Positions 19,701 to 29,871 of a stretch of 64,000 nt of DNA are shown piece after piece. The position numbers were made by a program, and so were the translations under genes. Every line of letters starts with the position of its first letter. Position 1 is the stretch's first letter. Origin of the DNA: an uncultured Nitrospinota bacterium. GTDB taxonomy: Bacteria; Tectomicrobia; Entotheonellia; J063; CAVPRW01. The notes beneath the pieces are model-generated. The model saw only the letters and a list, made by a program, of their open reading frames with translations. It was not told the DNA's origin and did not search any database. The stretch lies in assembly GCA_963707985.1 (NCBI GenBank), contig CAVPRW010000046.1, positions 64,001 to 128,000 on the forward strand, read 5' to 3'.

Positions 19701-20592
19701 ACAGTTGTTACAGGGTGGCCATCTCAGCCCTGTGGAGCGCGCGGCTGCAGGGGATACGCTGGCTCGCCTGCGCGATCCCCGCTTTCGGGCCGATACCTGG
19801 CAGCTGCCGGACGAGCCACTCATGGGCTTCGTGGAGATTCCAGCCGGGCCCTTCCTGATGGGAAGCAAACAAGGTGACCAACTGGCGTTTGATGCTGAAA
19901 TGCCGCAGCACAAGCTCTCCTTGCCGCGTTACTACATCGCTCGCTATCCGGTGACCGTGGCTCAGTTTCGGGCGTTTGTCGACGCAAGCGGCTATACCCC
20001 AGAAGATCAAGACAGCCTGGATGGGCTGCTGAATCACCCCGTGGTGAACATCACGTGGTACGAAGCCCTCAAGTACAGCCAGTGGCTGACGGAACGCCTG
20101 CGGGACTGGGAGGGGACGCCGGAGCCGCTGGCAAGCCTGTTGCGACAAGAAGGTTGGCAGGTGACCCTGCCCAGCGAAGCAGAGTGGGAGAAGGCGGCAC
20201 GGGGAAATGATGGGCGGATCTATCCCTGGGGCACGACATCTGACCCCACGCGGGCGAATTACGATGACACAGGGACCGGGTCGACGAGTGCGGTGGGATG
20301 CTTTCCGACGGGAGCGTCGCCATATGACTGTCTGGACATGGCAGGGAATGTGTGGGAATGGACACGGAGTCTGTGGGGGAGTGATCTGTTAAAGCCGAAG
20401 TACACATATCCCTATAAGCCCAAAGACGGGCGTGAGAATCTCGATGTGCCACGAGATGTGGCCCGTGTGTTGCGGGGCGGGGCGTTCGTCACTCGCCACA
20501 GGGACGTGCGGTGTGCCTATCGCGACGGGGACTATCCGAGCGATTCGTACGGGGACCTCGGATTTCGGGTGGTGGTGCGCCCATGCCGTTGA
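16704..20592 (+). pseudogene. AAA_35 ATPase + NACHT NTPase + FGE-sulfatase (C-type lectin) protein; 5' part frameshifted, 17116-20592 open
   Basis: FYQVGGT..SYVQREAD, PRQMGKSS and VFIDEID (AAA_35); LLGDPGSGKST, LLDGLDE, NPLLL and FPHRTFQEYLA (NACHT); PSEAEWEKAARG, DMAGNVWEW, RGGAF and GFR (FGE); about 3 frameshifts in 16810-17115. Confidence 0.88.
20464..20592 (+). other. Putative DGR variable region (VR)
   Basis: RVLRGGAF-x6-VRCAYR-x11-LGFR at the CLec C-terminus; most variable codons end in C/T, consistent with origin from AAC/AAT. Confidence 0.65.
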
Positions 20593-20649
20593 TCTCTGGA
20601 CTCTGGATCTCTGAACTCTGGGGGGAGTCCAGAGGGGATCCCCCTCTGG
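20591..20649 (+). promoter_or_regulatory. Putative DGR IMH region and hairpin
   Basis: Tandem GATCTCTG(G/A)ACTCTG x2 (20591-20620); stem CCAGAGGGG-ATC-CCCCTCTGG (20629-20649) with no U-tract. Confidence 0.6.
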
Positions 20650-20901
20650 TCGCTTGTCGCGCCGCTGAGACGGATTTGACAGGGCTATGCCTGAAAGGCA
20701 TCATAGGAGCCGCTCAAACCAACATCCACAGGGACTTCAGATGCTCTCATGGTATGCGAGCATTCTGCATCGGCATCGAGTGTCTTGCTGGAGATACGCT
20801 GGATAAGCACCAACGCGATGGAAGAGATCTGCGCCAAGCCCGAGCTGGAGCGTGCCGTAGTCGTTTGAGGCATAGCTGTACCACCTCAAGGAGAAACTTT
20901 G

Positions 20902-21135
20902 ATGTCGCAGCAGATTCTTGTCACGCTCGAACTACCGGAAGATCTCGAGCAATTATGCTTGCCGGAGGGAGTCAATCGGCGACTGCATGAGCTGCTCGAT
21001 CGCCAGGACCGTGGTGAAACATTGACTCCAGATGAACGCCAGGAGGCGGAAGGACTCGTGAATCTTGCAGAGTTGCTGTCACTGCTCCGCTTACGGGCAC
21101 AGAGAATCGCCGAGCACGGATCAAATGCACAATGA
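20902..21135 (+). CDS. Small antitoxin-like protein paired with an HNH gene
   Basis: AAGGAG RBS; RLHELLDRQDRGETLTPDERQEAEGL; ATGA overlap with the HNH gene. Confidence 0.7.
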   Translation: MSQQILVTLELPEDLEQLCLPEGVNRRLHELLDRQDRGETLTPDERQEAEGLVNLAELLSLLRLRAQRIAEHGSNAQ

Positions 21136-21316
21136 CCGCGGTGTCTACGGCTTTGCGGCGGCTCGTCATCCAGCGAGCGGCCGATCGTTGTGAGTATTGC
21201 GGACTCTCACAAGCAGGCCAAGAAGCCACATTTCACCTTGACCATATCATTCCCCAAGCGGCAGGTGGTGAAACCGTTAGCGACAATATGGCGCTCGCCT
21301 GTGTGTCCTGCTCCCT
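21132..21316 (+). pseudogene. HNH endonuclease truncated by IS701
   Basis: RAADRCEYC...FHLDHIIP...NMALACVSC, then IS sequence. Confidence 0.85.
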
Positions 21317-22865
21317 GTACTACAGTGGTAACAACAGGATTATGCCGCCACGGCCGCTACGAGTAGCTCTCGACGCTGATAATGGTAATATTGGGCGATG
21401 GTCTGGTGCCGCCGACGCCATTGCGACCAGGCCAGGATGTGGCGGACCGTGTGGGGCACGACCAGCACGAACCGCCACAACAGCCGCCGCAGCTCGGGCA
21501 CGCTCAACGGGAGGCGAGGCCACGCCTGGACCTTGAACGCCGCCAGCGGGCTTCCCAGCGTGGGGGACGGCAGACTTTTTTTTAACATTTCCACCGCGAT
21601 CGTCCCGGCGCGCATGACGGTCAGCAGGGCCAACGCCCACATCGCGAGCGTGATATGCCGATACCAGCCCGTCCAGCTGCCGCACTTCATAGTGGTCCAG
21701 GCCCACTTCCCCCTTGGCGTCCTCAAAGCCGCTCTCGACGGTCCAGCGGCTCCCCGCCACCCGCACGACCGCCTCCAGATGTGGTGGCCTGGGGAGCAAA
21801 GACCACATAGGCGGTCAGCTCCGTGGGGGCGCTGAGACTCCGCCGGACCAGCAGCCAGCGGCGCCAGCCAGGCTCCAGCGGCACGGCCAGGGGCAGCCAC
21901 CGCCAGTCATACCACCGCGGCCCCTTCGCGCCGTCGCCGGCACTCAGGCGCGTCCACCCCTCCGCAGGCAGGCTGGCCAGGAGCGTTTTCACCTGGCGCT
22001 GCTGCGAGCCCAGCCAGACATATTCCTTGCCCGACACGGCGAGGACGTAGGGCTGTAGGCCGGCCCTCCAGCCACCGCCGCAGCTGACGATTATCCCCGT
22101 AGACGCTGTCCCCGGTGACCCATGCGGCCGGCACGCCAGCTGCGAAGGCGCGGGCCAGCATCTGCTGGGCCAACTGCGGCTTGGTCGCAAAGCGCCGGTC
22201 CTCCGGAATGCCGGCCTGCCGGCAGCGCTCACGATCGTCCGTCCATTCCTGCGGCAGATAGAGTTCCCGATCCAGCAGCGCATGGCCCAGCGGGCTGGCA
22301 TAGCTCAGAAACACGCCGATTTGGCAGTTGTCCACTTTCCCGACCGTGCCACTATACTGCCGGGCAACGCCAGCCGAGTGGCGGCCTTTTTTGAGAAACC
22401 CAGTTTCGTCGAGGACCAGCACGCCGTTGGAATCCCCCAGATGCTGCCTGACGTAGAGTGCGCAGCTCGTCGCGGACGGCGTCGGCGTCCCAATCGGCGC
22501 GGCTCAGCAAGTACTGGAAGCCGTAGGGAGTCAGCTCTCCGCAGACTTCCGCGACTTGCCAGCTGTTCTTGCGCTCGGCCTCACTGAGCAAGCCGCGCAG
22601 ATAGGCCAGGACCCGGTCGCGGGACTGCGAGCGGGCGAAATAGGGTGCCAGCCGTCGGGCTACGTCTGCCATGTAGGCCTGGCCGCCTGCGATGGTGCTG
22701 GCCGTCGCATCCGTCGGGATCGAACGTGAACTCGCAGTTGTGTCATCGATCTGTCGCATGGTTCCGTCCTCCATCTATGCGTCCGGAACCAAGGGTCGGA
22801 GGCCCCATCGCCATGCAATTTGCCACCTTGCACCAGGACCGTTTGATGTCTCTAGCCGTCAGTAC
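21317..22865 (-). mobile_element. IS701-family element with a multiply frameshifted transposase (about 21340-22759)
   Basis: [36 protein letters not shown] and [19 protein letters not shown] motifs; short GTACT termini. Confidence 0.85.
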
Positions 22866-23024
22866 CTCCCCCGCGACATTCTTGGTCGTATCCCCCGCTG
22901 TCCGCGGCTTTGTCCAGCATGTCCTTTCGGTGCCCTGGGCCCGGGCCTGGGTAGATTGTGCTATGAGCCTGGGACACTCCAGCCATCCCTGATTCATCAT
23001 CATGGTACGGAGGACCGCGATGGT

Positions 23025-23477
23025 CTACGGCAGGTGACCGACCATGGGCGCAGTGGCGCTGTTCCACGGGTCAATGATCTTTTCCTTGATGCGCCATTGG
23101 CTATCCACCTTGACGCAGGTGTCTAGATAACTGCCCATGGCGCGGATGAATTTCCTGTCGCCTTCAAAATCCCATTGGATGGAAACCCAATACGACGTGA
23201 CGCGGTAGCCTCCCCCAGCGGCGGGCTCGACCAACAGATGTTGGACGTGATGCTGTCCACCGCGTCGGTTGGGCCGGGTGAGGAAATGGGTGGCAAATCC
23301 CCTGACGCCACCCGCCGCCGCGTCCCAGCATTTGCCGGTGACATCCTTGATCACGCCGTCGGGCGTGAACAGGGCGACGACCCCTTCGATGTCGCCGGTA
23401 TCCATGCCCCATACATAACGCGCCAACGTGTCGTAGATCTCTTGGCGATCCTCCAGGCTTATTTTGGTGTCTGCCAT
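23025..23477 (-). CDS. SnoaL/NTF2-like protein
   Basis: LEDRQEI..LARYVWGMDTGD...LFTPDG...GSYLD...WRIKEK. Confidence 0.85.
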   Translation of the reverse strand: MADTKISLEDRQEIYDTLARYVWGMDTGDIEGVVALFTPDGVIKDVTGKCWDAAAGGVRGFATHFLTRPNRRGGQHHVQHLLVEPAAGGGYRVTSYWVSIQWDFEGDRKFIRAMGSYLDTCVKVDSQWRIKEKIIDPWNSATAPMVGHLP

Positions 23478-23806
23478 TGTCTTCCCCATGCATTGCCCTG
23501 TCTGGCTTACAGGCGCCAACCGGCTCTCCATACCTCGCCTTGACAAAGCGGGTGGAGGCCTGTGGATCACCTTGGTGTCATGAGCAGACGTGCGTGATCA
23601 GAATCTTTGGGAAGTTCTGCTCTCCCCAGGGCCATATTAAACTTACGCAGCAACCGATCGTACAATACTGCGGGTTCGACGTGGAAAGCTGTACCTCGAC
23701 TGCCCACGGCATTGGCCTCACGCACAGGGTGTGGATCGGTCATGATTGTTCCACTTGCCCCGTCAAAGACGTAGGGCGCCATCGTGCCTTATGGATACAG
23801 TCGAGC

Positions 23807-24772
23807 TTAGTGCTCGAGTCCCAGAAGCCTCTGAGCGTTGTGGTGGAGGATCTGATCGACGTCCGCGACTGGCAGGCTGGACTCCCGGATGTAGTGGAAC
23901 GTCTGCCGGTACGTCTCGAAGGCAAGCAGGACCGGATAGTCACTCCCCGCCACCAGATGGTCGGCGCCGAACGCCTGCCAGGCGCACAGCAGCGCGGCCT
24001 GCGAGCCATGGCCTACGGTATCGTAATAGAAGCGGCGGGCGGTCACGCTCGGGCGCTCCGGAAGGTCCGGATGCTGACTCGGGGCCTGATTGTCGAGCCG
24101 CTGGAGCAGCATCGGGATAATGCCACCGAGATGGGGAATGACATATCGAATGTGCGGGTAGCGCATCGGCACGTGCCGGGCGATGAGGTGGAGGACGATG
24201 GCGCTGTCCTCAAGCGAGGCGCCGACGGAGACCGTGAACCGGTAGTCGTTAATCAGGGGCGAGCAGAGGCCATTTTGAATCGGATGGTAGTTCAGCACTG
24301 TGCCGCGCCGGTTCATCTCCTCGTAGAGCGGCTCGAACTCCGCTTCTGCGGTGGAGCGGTCGAAGCAAGAGCAGGTCATCGCCACCCCGAGCATGCCAAG
24401 CTGGTCCAGCCCGCGCTCCATCTCGCGCAAAGAGGCATCGATATGGGGCAGCGGCAGGGAGACGAAGGCCGCGAACCGTCCTGGATGCTGCTGGGCAAGT
24501 GCGGCGTAGCTGTCGTTGATGAGCTGCGCTGCCGCGACGGCATCGGCCTCCGTGTCGGCATACGGCGGGCTCGCAGCTGGTGAGAGCACCTGCATGTGCA
24601 CCTCAGCTTCGTCCATCTGCTGTAGGCGCGTCCGGAGAGCCGCAGGGTCATCCGGCCGTCTTGGCCTCGCCGTCAGCGGCCGTGCAGCCTCGGGGAGGCT
24701 GCGCCCGCCGATGCGCAGCAGGAGGTCGGTATACGCCTGCGGGAAATAGTGGGCATGAATATCGACAATCAT
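23807..24772 (-). CDS. Amidohydrolase_2 family protein
   Basis: VDIHAH, YHP, PHLGG, YYDT and GSDYP motifs. Confidence 0.92.
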   Translation of the reverse strand: MIVDIHAHYFPQAYTDLLLRIGGRSLPEAARPLTARPRRPDDPAALRTRLQQMDEAEVHMQVLSPAASPPYADTEADAVAAAQLINDSYAALAQQHPGRFAAFVSLPLPHIDASLREMERGLDQLGMLGVAMTCSCFDRSTAEAEFEPLYEEMNRRGTVLNYHPIQNGLCSPLINDYRFTVSVGASLEDSAIVLHLIARHVPMRYPHIRYVIPHLGGIIPMLLQRLDNQAPSQHPDLPERPSVTARRFYYDTVGHGSQAALLCAWQAFGADHLVAGSDYPVLLAFETYRQTFHYIRESSLPVADVDQILHHNAQRLLGLEH

Positions 24773-24984
24773 CGGGACCTCCCTGGTCGAGCTGGATCAT
24801 CTGGCACAAGGCACCACGACCGTAGCGTATAACAGAGAAAGTTTCAAGAGAGATTGGCGAGGGCCTTGTCACATGATGTTTGCCACGTTCTCAGCTCCAG
24901 CCTGATGTAGCATACTCGCCGCAGGATCACACGATCTGCACCTCATCCGCAGATTCGCCATTGCTGCTTCTAATGTCTGCAACC

Positions 24985-25617
24985 TCACAACAATGCCCTG
25001 CCGTCCTCTGTTGCCTCCGGCAGCGCTGCAACGACCGTGCGAAGATCCTGAATGAGTGCCTGCCAGGTCTGTTCATAGGCTTGCTGATCGACACCTTGCA
25101 GGCGTAGAACGTAGGCTGGATGGAAGACGGCGATACGACACGTACCGTCGGGTCCCTGGCGCATCTGGCCATGGTCCTCACTGAGCTTGAATTTCTTGTC
25201 GATCAAGGCCTTTGCGGCAGGGACCCCGATGCAGACGATGATCGCCGGCTGGATGATGTCGACCTCGCCGTGCAACCAGGGGCGACAGGCTTTAAGCTCA
25301 GCCGCCGAGGGCGCCCGGTCGACCACACGGCCCTTCTCCGACTTGACCGCCCGACACTTGATGACATTGGTCAGCCACAGGCGGTCGCGTTCGAGACCCA
25401 CCTCTGCCAAGGCCCGATCGAGTAGCCTGCCGGATGGGCCAGCAAACGGCCGACCCGTCTGCTCCTCAACGATCCCAGGCCCTTGACCGACGAGCATCAC
25501 CGTGGCATGCACATCGCCTTCACCGAAAACCACTCGGAAGCGCGTGTCTCGGTTCGGGCACTCTGGGCAGGTAAGAGCCTGGGTACGTAACGCATCCATG
25601 CGGTCCTGTTTCTCCAT
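24985..25617 (-). CDS. Family-4/UdgX-like uracil-DNA glycosylase
   Basis: CPEC, VFGEG, GQGPG, GRPFAGPSG, TNVIKC and HPAYVLR motifs. Confidence 0.88.
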   Translation of the reverse strand: MEKQDRMDALRTQALTCPECPNRDTRFRVVFGEGDVHATVMLVGQGPGIVEEQTGRPFAGPSGRLLDRALAEVGLERDRLWLTNVIKCRAVKSEKGRVVDRAPSAAELKACRPWLHGEVDIIQPAIIVCIGVPAAKALIDKKFKLSEDHGQMRQGPDGTCRIAVFHPAYVLRLQGVDQQAYEQTWQALIQDLRTVVAALPEATEDGRALL

Positions 25618-25798
25618 GTTCGCCGCCTCCCTCATTCTCCTCGTTCATGTGGCATCTGACGCGATGTTCGTCCCCTCAATGGCAGGATACCGCTGCGAGC
25701 CCGGAGGCGCCAGCCTCCCAGAACCCAGAACGTGGAGCCCTTGGTTGCCCGTGGTGTGGAGGTATGATACATTCTACTTTATGAAAAACTATACTGAT

Positions 25799-27913
25799 AT
25801 GCCCACCTTGGAGGCATCCGAGGTCTCTTTACTCGAAGCCTTTCGCGAACGCTATCCATTCGTGCTCGATTCCTTTCAGGAAGAAGCCATTCAGCACATC
25901 GCAGCCGGCAGCTCGGTGATTGTCTCAGCCCCGACCGGGGCGGGCAAAACCCTCATTGCCGAGTATGCGATTTTCAGCGCCCTGGCGCGGCGAGAGCGCC
26001 TGGCCTACACGACTCCCATCAAGGCCCTCAGCAACCAAAAATATGCCGATTTTTGCCGGTACTTCGGCTCTGAAAACGTCGGTATCCTGACCGGTGATGT
26101 CCAGGTCAACTCACAAGCCCCCATCCTGGTTATGACCACGGAGATTCTGCGCAATATGTTCTACCTGCAGCCTCCGGAAAATCTAGGCTACGTCGTCCTC
26201 GATGAATGCCATTACATGGGGGATGAAGGCCGGGGCACGGTCTGGGAGGAGATCATTATCAACTGCCCCAAAGATGTTCCCCTGGTGGCGCTCTCCGCCA
26301 CCGTCTCCAACATCGATGAGATCGCGGCCTGGATCGCTGACATCCATCGTCCGATTATCGCCATTCAGCACCCCATCCGGCCGGTTCCCCTGGAGTACTT
26401 CCTGGTCGATCCGCAGTGCAACATCACGCCGGCACGGGATATGCCCAAAAAGGGCCATGCCTTGCTGAAGGACGATGGTCCGAGGCATCGTCAGCGTCGC
26501 CGGCGTGGGCCTGACGCGGGCCGATTACTGCTCCAACTCCAGGAGCGACACTGGCTGCCAGCGATCTATTTCATTTTCAGCCGCGCCGGGTGTGAGGCTG
26601 TGCTGCGCCGCTGTCTGAGGGAGGGCATCCGTTTCATCGATGGGGACCGGGTGGGCGAGGTTGAGACGGCGATCGACAAGACGCTCAGCGATTATCCGAG
26701 TATTGCCCCAGACGGCGAGCTCAATCGGCTGATCTTCGATGGTTTGCGGCAGGGTCTCGGGATCCATCATGCCGGCATGCTGGCACCCCTGAAGCGTCTC
26801 ACCGAGGTCCTCTTCGAGCGCGGCCTGGTGCAGGTGGTTTTTGCCACGGAGACTATGAGCCTGGGTATTCATATGCCCGCCAGGAGCGTGGTCATCGAAA
26901 ACCTCCGGAAGCGCTCCGACTTCGGCTTCAGAACGCTGCGCGTGGGGGAGCTGACGCAGATGGCCGGACGTGCCGGTCGACGGGGGATCGACCCGAAAGG
27001 CACGTGCCTCGTTGTGGTCGAGGGGCGTGAAGCCCTGAACGAGGCCTTACGCTTGCTCAAAGGAGAGCCTGAGCCGATCGAGAGCCGCTTCAAGATTGGC
27101 TATAGCTCGGCCGCCATGCTCATCCAGAGCTTGCATGATCCGCAGGCAATCCGCAAAACGATTGAGCGCAGCTTCGGCCAATTTCAGAATCGCCAGCGCA
27201 TCAGCGTGCTGGAGAGCGAACGTGAGCGGTTTTTGCGTCGACGGGAGGGGCGGGGAAAGCCCTCCAGACAGTCCTGGCCGGCACTGGATCGGCAAGCAAG
27301 GCAGCTGGCGCTGTTGCAAGATAGCTATTGGGATGAGTTCCTGCGGATTACCGCCATCTTACAACACTTCGGTTGCCTTAAGGCGGGCGGGCTGACGTCA
27401 GAAGGGCGCCTCGTGGCCACGTTGCGTCATGATAATGAGCTGCTCGTGGCCCGTGTCGTGTTCTCGGGCGTCCTCGATGGCCTCACGCCGGCCGAGTTGG
27501 CGGCATTGCTCTCCTGTCTGAGCGAAGAATCTCGGGAAGGTGAAGTCCGTTATTCGTGGACACTACTGAAGCAACAGCGCGAGCTTCAGAAGCGCTTGCA
27601 GAGCATGGGACGACTGGCGCACGAGCTGCATGAGGTGCAACGGACCCATCAGGTCACCCTGCCGGTGTCGGTGCAGGTAGGGTACCTGGCGGCAGCCCAT
27701 CGTTGGGCCTCCGGCGAAGAGGATTGGGCTGGGTTGGTGCGCGAGACGTACGGGGGGCATGAAGGCGATCTGATCAGAGCCTTCCGACGCCTGATCGACC
27801 TCTGCCGCCAACTCGCCGAAAGCCAGGAGGTTGAGCGCAGGCTGCGGGACCAGCTCTGGGACACCGTTTCCGCACTCGATCGCGGCATCGTCTTCGAGAG
27901 CGCCCTGATTTGA
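25799..27913 (+). CDS. Ski2/HelY-like DEAD/DEAH RNA helicase
   Basis: APTGAGKT, PIKALSNQK, DECH, LSAT, HHAG and QMAGRAGRRG motifs; C-terminal EGDLIR. Confidence 0.93.
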   Translation: MPTLEASEVSLLEAFRERYPFVLDSFQEEAIQHIAAGSSVIVSAPTGAGKTLIAEYAIFSALARRERLAYTTPIKALSNQKYADFCRYFGSENVGILTGDVQVNSQAPILVMTTEILRNMFYLQPPENLGYVVLDECHYMGDEGRGTVWEEIIINCPKDVPLVALSATVSNIDEIAAWIADIHRPIIAIQHPIRPVPLEYFLVDPQCNITPARDMPKKGHALLKDDGPRHRQRRRRGPDAGRLLLQLQERHWLPAIYFIFSRAGCEAVLRRCLREGIRFIDGDRVGEVETAIDKTLSDYPSIAPDGELNRLIFDGLRQGLGIHHAGMLAPLKRLTEVLFERGLVQVVFATETMSLGIHMPARSVVIENLRKRSDFGFRTLRVGELTQMAGRAGRRGIDPKGTCLVVVEGREALNEALRLLKGEPEPIESRFKIGYSSAAMLIQSLHDPQAIRKTIERSFGQFQNRQRISVLESERERFLRRREGRGKPSRQSWPALDRQARQLALLQDSYWDEFLRITAILQHFGCLKAGGLTSEGRLVATLRHDNELLVARVVFSGVLDGLTPAELAALLSCLSEESREGEVRYSWTLLKQQRELQKRLQSMGRLAHELHEVQRTHQVTLPVSVQVGYLAAAHRWASGEEDWAGLVRETYGGHEGDLIRAFRRLIDLCRQLAESQEVERRLRDQLWDTVSALDRGIVFESALI

Positions 27914-27951
27914 ACGGCTCGAGCAAGACAGCCCGTTCTTGCCTCTCTACG

Positions 27952-27990
27952 TGACATTTGCGCCATACGGGAGCGCCACAAGCGCGGGGC
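27952..27990 (+). repeat. 39-bp direct repeat, copy 1
   Basis: TGACATTTGCGCCATACGGGAGCGCCACAAGCGCGGGGC; 34/39 identical to 30669-30707. Confidence 0.75.
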
Positions 27991-28230
27991 GGTGGATGCT
28001 CTCTCATCTGGCTCCACATGCGGGGGAGGCGTATTAATGCAGAGCGATTCATTCTGAGTGCTTCAATAGTCGCCTGGGCCACAGGAGTGAGATCAAGAAT
28101 GACCGCGGCATCGCCGTTCCAGACAAAGTCCTCTTCCCATCGCTGATGCTGTGGGCGAAACAAGGACACAGTATGGCCGAGCAGCGGGGCGACGGCTGTT
28201 TGACGAGAGGCTTTATAACGATTACAGAAA
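27990..28230 (-). pseudogene. C-terminal remnant of an HNH endonuclease
   Basis: CNRYKASRQTA...SLFRPQHQRWEEDFVW...TIEALRMNR. Confidence 0.65.
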
Positions 28231-28444
28231 AACCAAACAGACTACGTGATATACCGTCATGTACTGGACATGACGTGCCTCAGTCTCCCAGAGAAATGCT
28301 CTGCGAGATTATAGCATACGCAGTATCGAGGGCTCTAGACGCTACTTCGAGGAAAAGGTGGCTGCCACCTTTCCCTGTCGTAGCCGCTGGTCGTTTGCAT
28401 CGGAAAAAATAGAGGTCAGACTAGGATTTTCGAGGGAACTTGCT

Positions 28445-28637
28445 CTAGCCTGGAGGATCAGGAATACCAGGCTTGCGACAGATTTTCCGAGCCAGGAGAT
28501 TTTTAATTTCCGTATGCCGAGAGACGGCTTCTTTCCTCCCCGTCACAGGATTAATCCAGATCGTGTGCTCACCGGCCTTCATGCTCGATGCGACAGCCAT
28601 GACGGCGCAGGTGACGTTGCAGGGTATACCGTTTCAC
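28445..28637 (-). pseudogene. hicA: HicA mRNA-interferase toxin, frameshifted
   Basis: VKRYTLQRHLRRHGC..EG, then after a +1 shift GEHTIWINP..AVSRHTEIKNLLARKICR. Confidence 0.8.
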
Positions 28638-28856
28638 CCTGCTGACCTCAATGACTTTTTCCCATGCCCCAGAAGGGGCTTCTTTGCGTTCCTCTTCGCG
28701 GGTGACCGCTAGCAGCAGGCGAATGCCTTCGATGAGATTCTGCTCGCATGCTTCCAAGGTGTCGCCTTGGCCATTAGCACCAGGGACTTCTAAACAATAA
28801 GCCCAGTAACCTCCTTCCTCAGCCTGAACGAAAACGGCGGTAAATTCGTTGCGCAC
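28569..28856 (-). CDS. hicB: HicB antitoxin, reading in-frame into the hicA N-terminus
   Basis: AAGGAGG RBS, GTG start; FTAVF..EEGGYWAYCLEVPGANGQGDT. Confidence 0.82.
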   Translation of the reverse strand: MRNEFTAVFVQAEEGGYWAYCLEVPGANGQGDTLEACEQNLIEGIRLLLAVTREEERKEAPSGAWEKVIEVSRVKRYTLQRHLRRHGCRIEHEGR

Positions 28857-29100
28857 GGTTGTCCTCCTTACACCCCTTCCAGAAACGCTCTCGGTCCTCA
28901 TGAGTGCCATGACTATGGCAACACAGGACGCGACGGCGTGTACCAACCTGCATAGCTCTCATTCACAACATACAGCCCAAACCGTCACGTGTCGAGGCAG
29001 GAGAAATTGGGGTCAGACTGGGATTTCCTCTCCGAACCTGCTATAGTCCGAACGTTATTAGACTCATGTATCGCTGCCGTCCTCCGTTCTGAGGTCTTCT

Positions 29101-29790
29101 ATGCCTCGACCCCTTCGCTATCCACTGGTCGACGTGCCTCAACACGTCATCCAACGCGGGCACAATCGCCAACCGGTCTTCTTTCATCCGGATGATGATC
29201 AGATGTACTTGCAGTGTCTGCAAGACACCGCAGCGATTTCTCACAGTGTCATCCATACCTATATGCTCATGACGAACCAGGTACACGTGCTCATGACCCC
29301 ACACCAGGCGAACAGTCTCGTCAAGGTCAGGCAGTCCCTGTGCCGTCGGTATGTACAATATATCAACACTATGTACCAACGTACGGGAACCTTAGGGGAC
29401 GGGCGCTACCGGGCCAGCCTGGTGGAGGCCGACGCGTATCTCCGGCGTGCTACCGCTATATTGAGCTCAACCCGGTTCGAGCGGGCATGGTACCAGAACC
29501 AGCGGCGTATCCCTGGTCGCGCGACCGCTGGCATGCGTGAGGCCTCCCTGATTCAGTGGTCACAGATCATGCGCGCTCTCTGGCGTTGGCGCGCACGCCT
29601 CAGGCGCGGCAACAGACGTACCAGGCGTCATTCCAGGAACGTCTCCATACGGGCCTGCTGCAGGAGATCCGCACCACACGCTAGCAGGGCCGCATTGTAG
29701 GGACTGAACGCTCCAAAGACGCGATTCAGACCATCCTAGCGCGGCGCGTTCGGCTAGGAAAAGCCGGCAGACCCCACCAAGCGCCGAGTG
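29101..29790 (+). pseudogene. REP-associated tyrosine transposase (RAYT, Y1_Tnp), frameshifted
   Basis: MPR..QHVIQRGHNR; HUH motif altered to NQVH; shifted frame gives YIELNPVRAGMV..YPWS. Confidence 0.85.
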
Positions 29791-29871
29791 CTCAGAGGAT
29801 TTCAAACTCCTCGGAGTCTTTGTGAACATACCTCTGACCCGCATGGCCCGGGCGAAGGGAGGAACAAGACG

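Noticed and set aside
19800..20592. True formylglycine-generating enzyme
   Set aside because: The catalytic Cys motif after RGG is absent and the domain is fused to NACHT, which fits a binding module better.
20591..20649. CRISPR mini-array or intrinsic terminator
   Set aside because: There are only two abutting 15-bp units with no spacers or cas genes, and the hairpin has no U-tract.
21132..28230. The two HNH fragments as halves of one inverted gene
   Set aside because: Both include the region of the second CxxC (CVSC versus CNRYK), so they overlap and come from separate genes.
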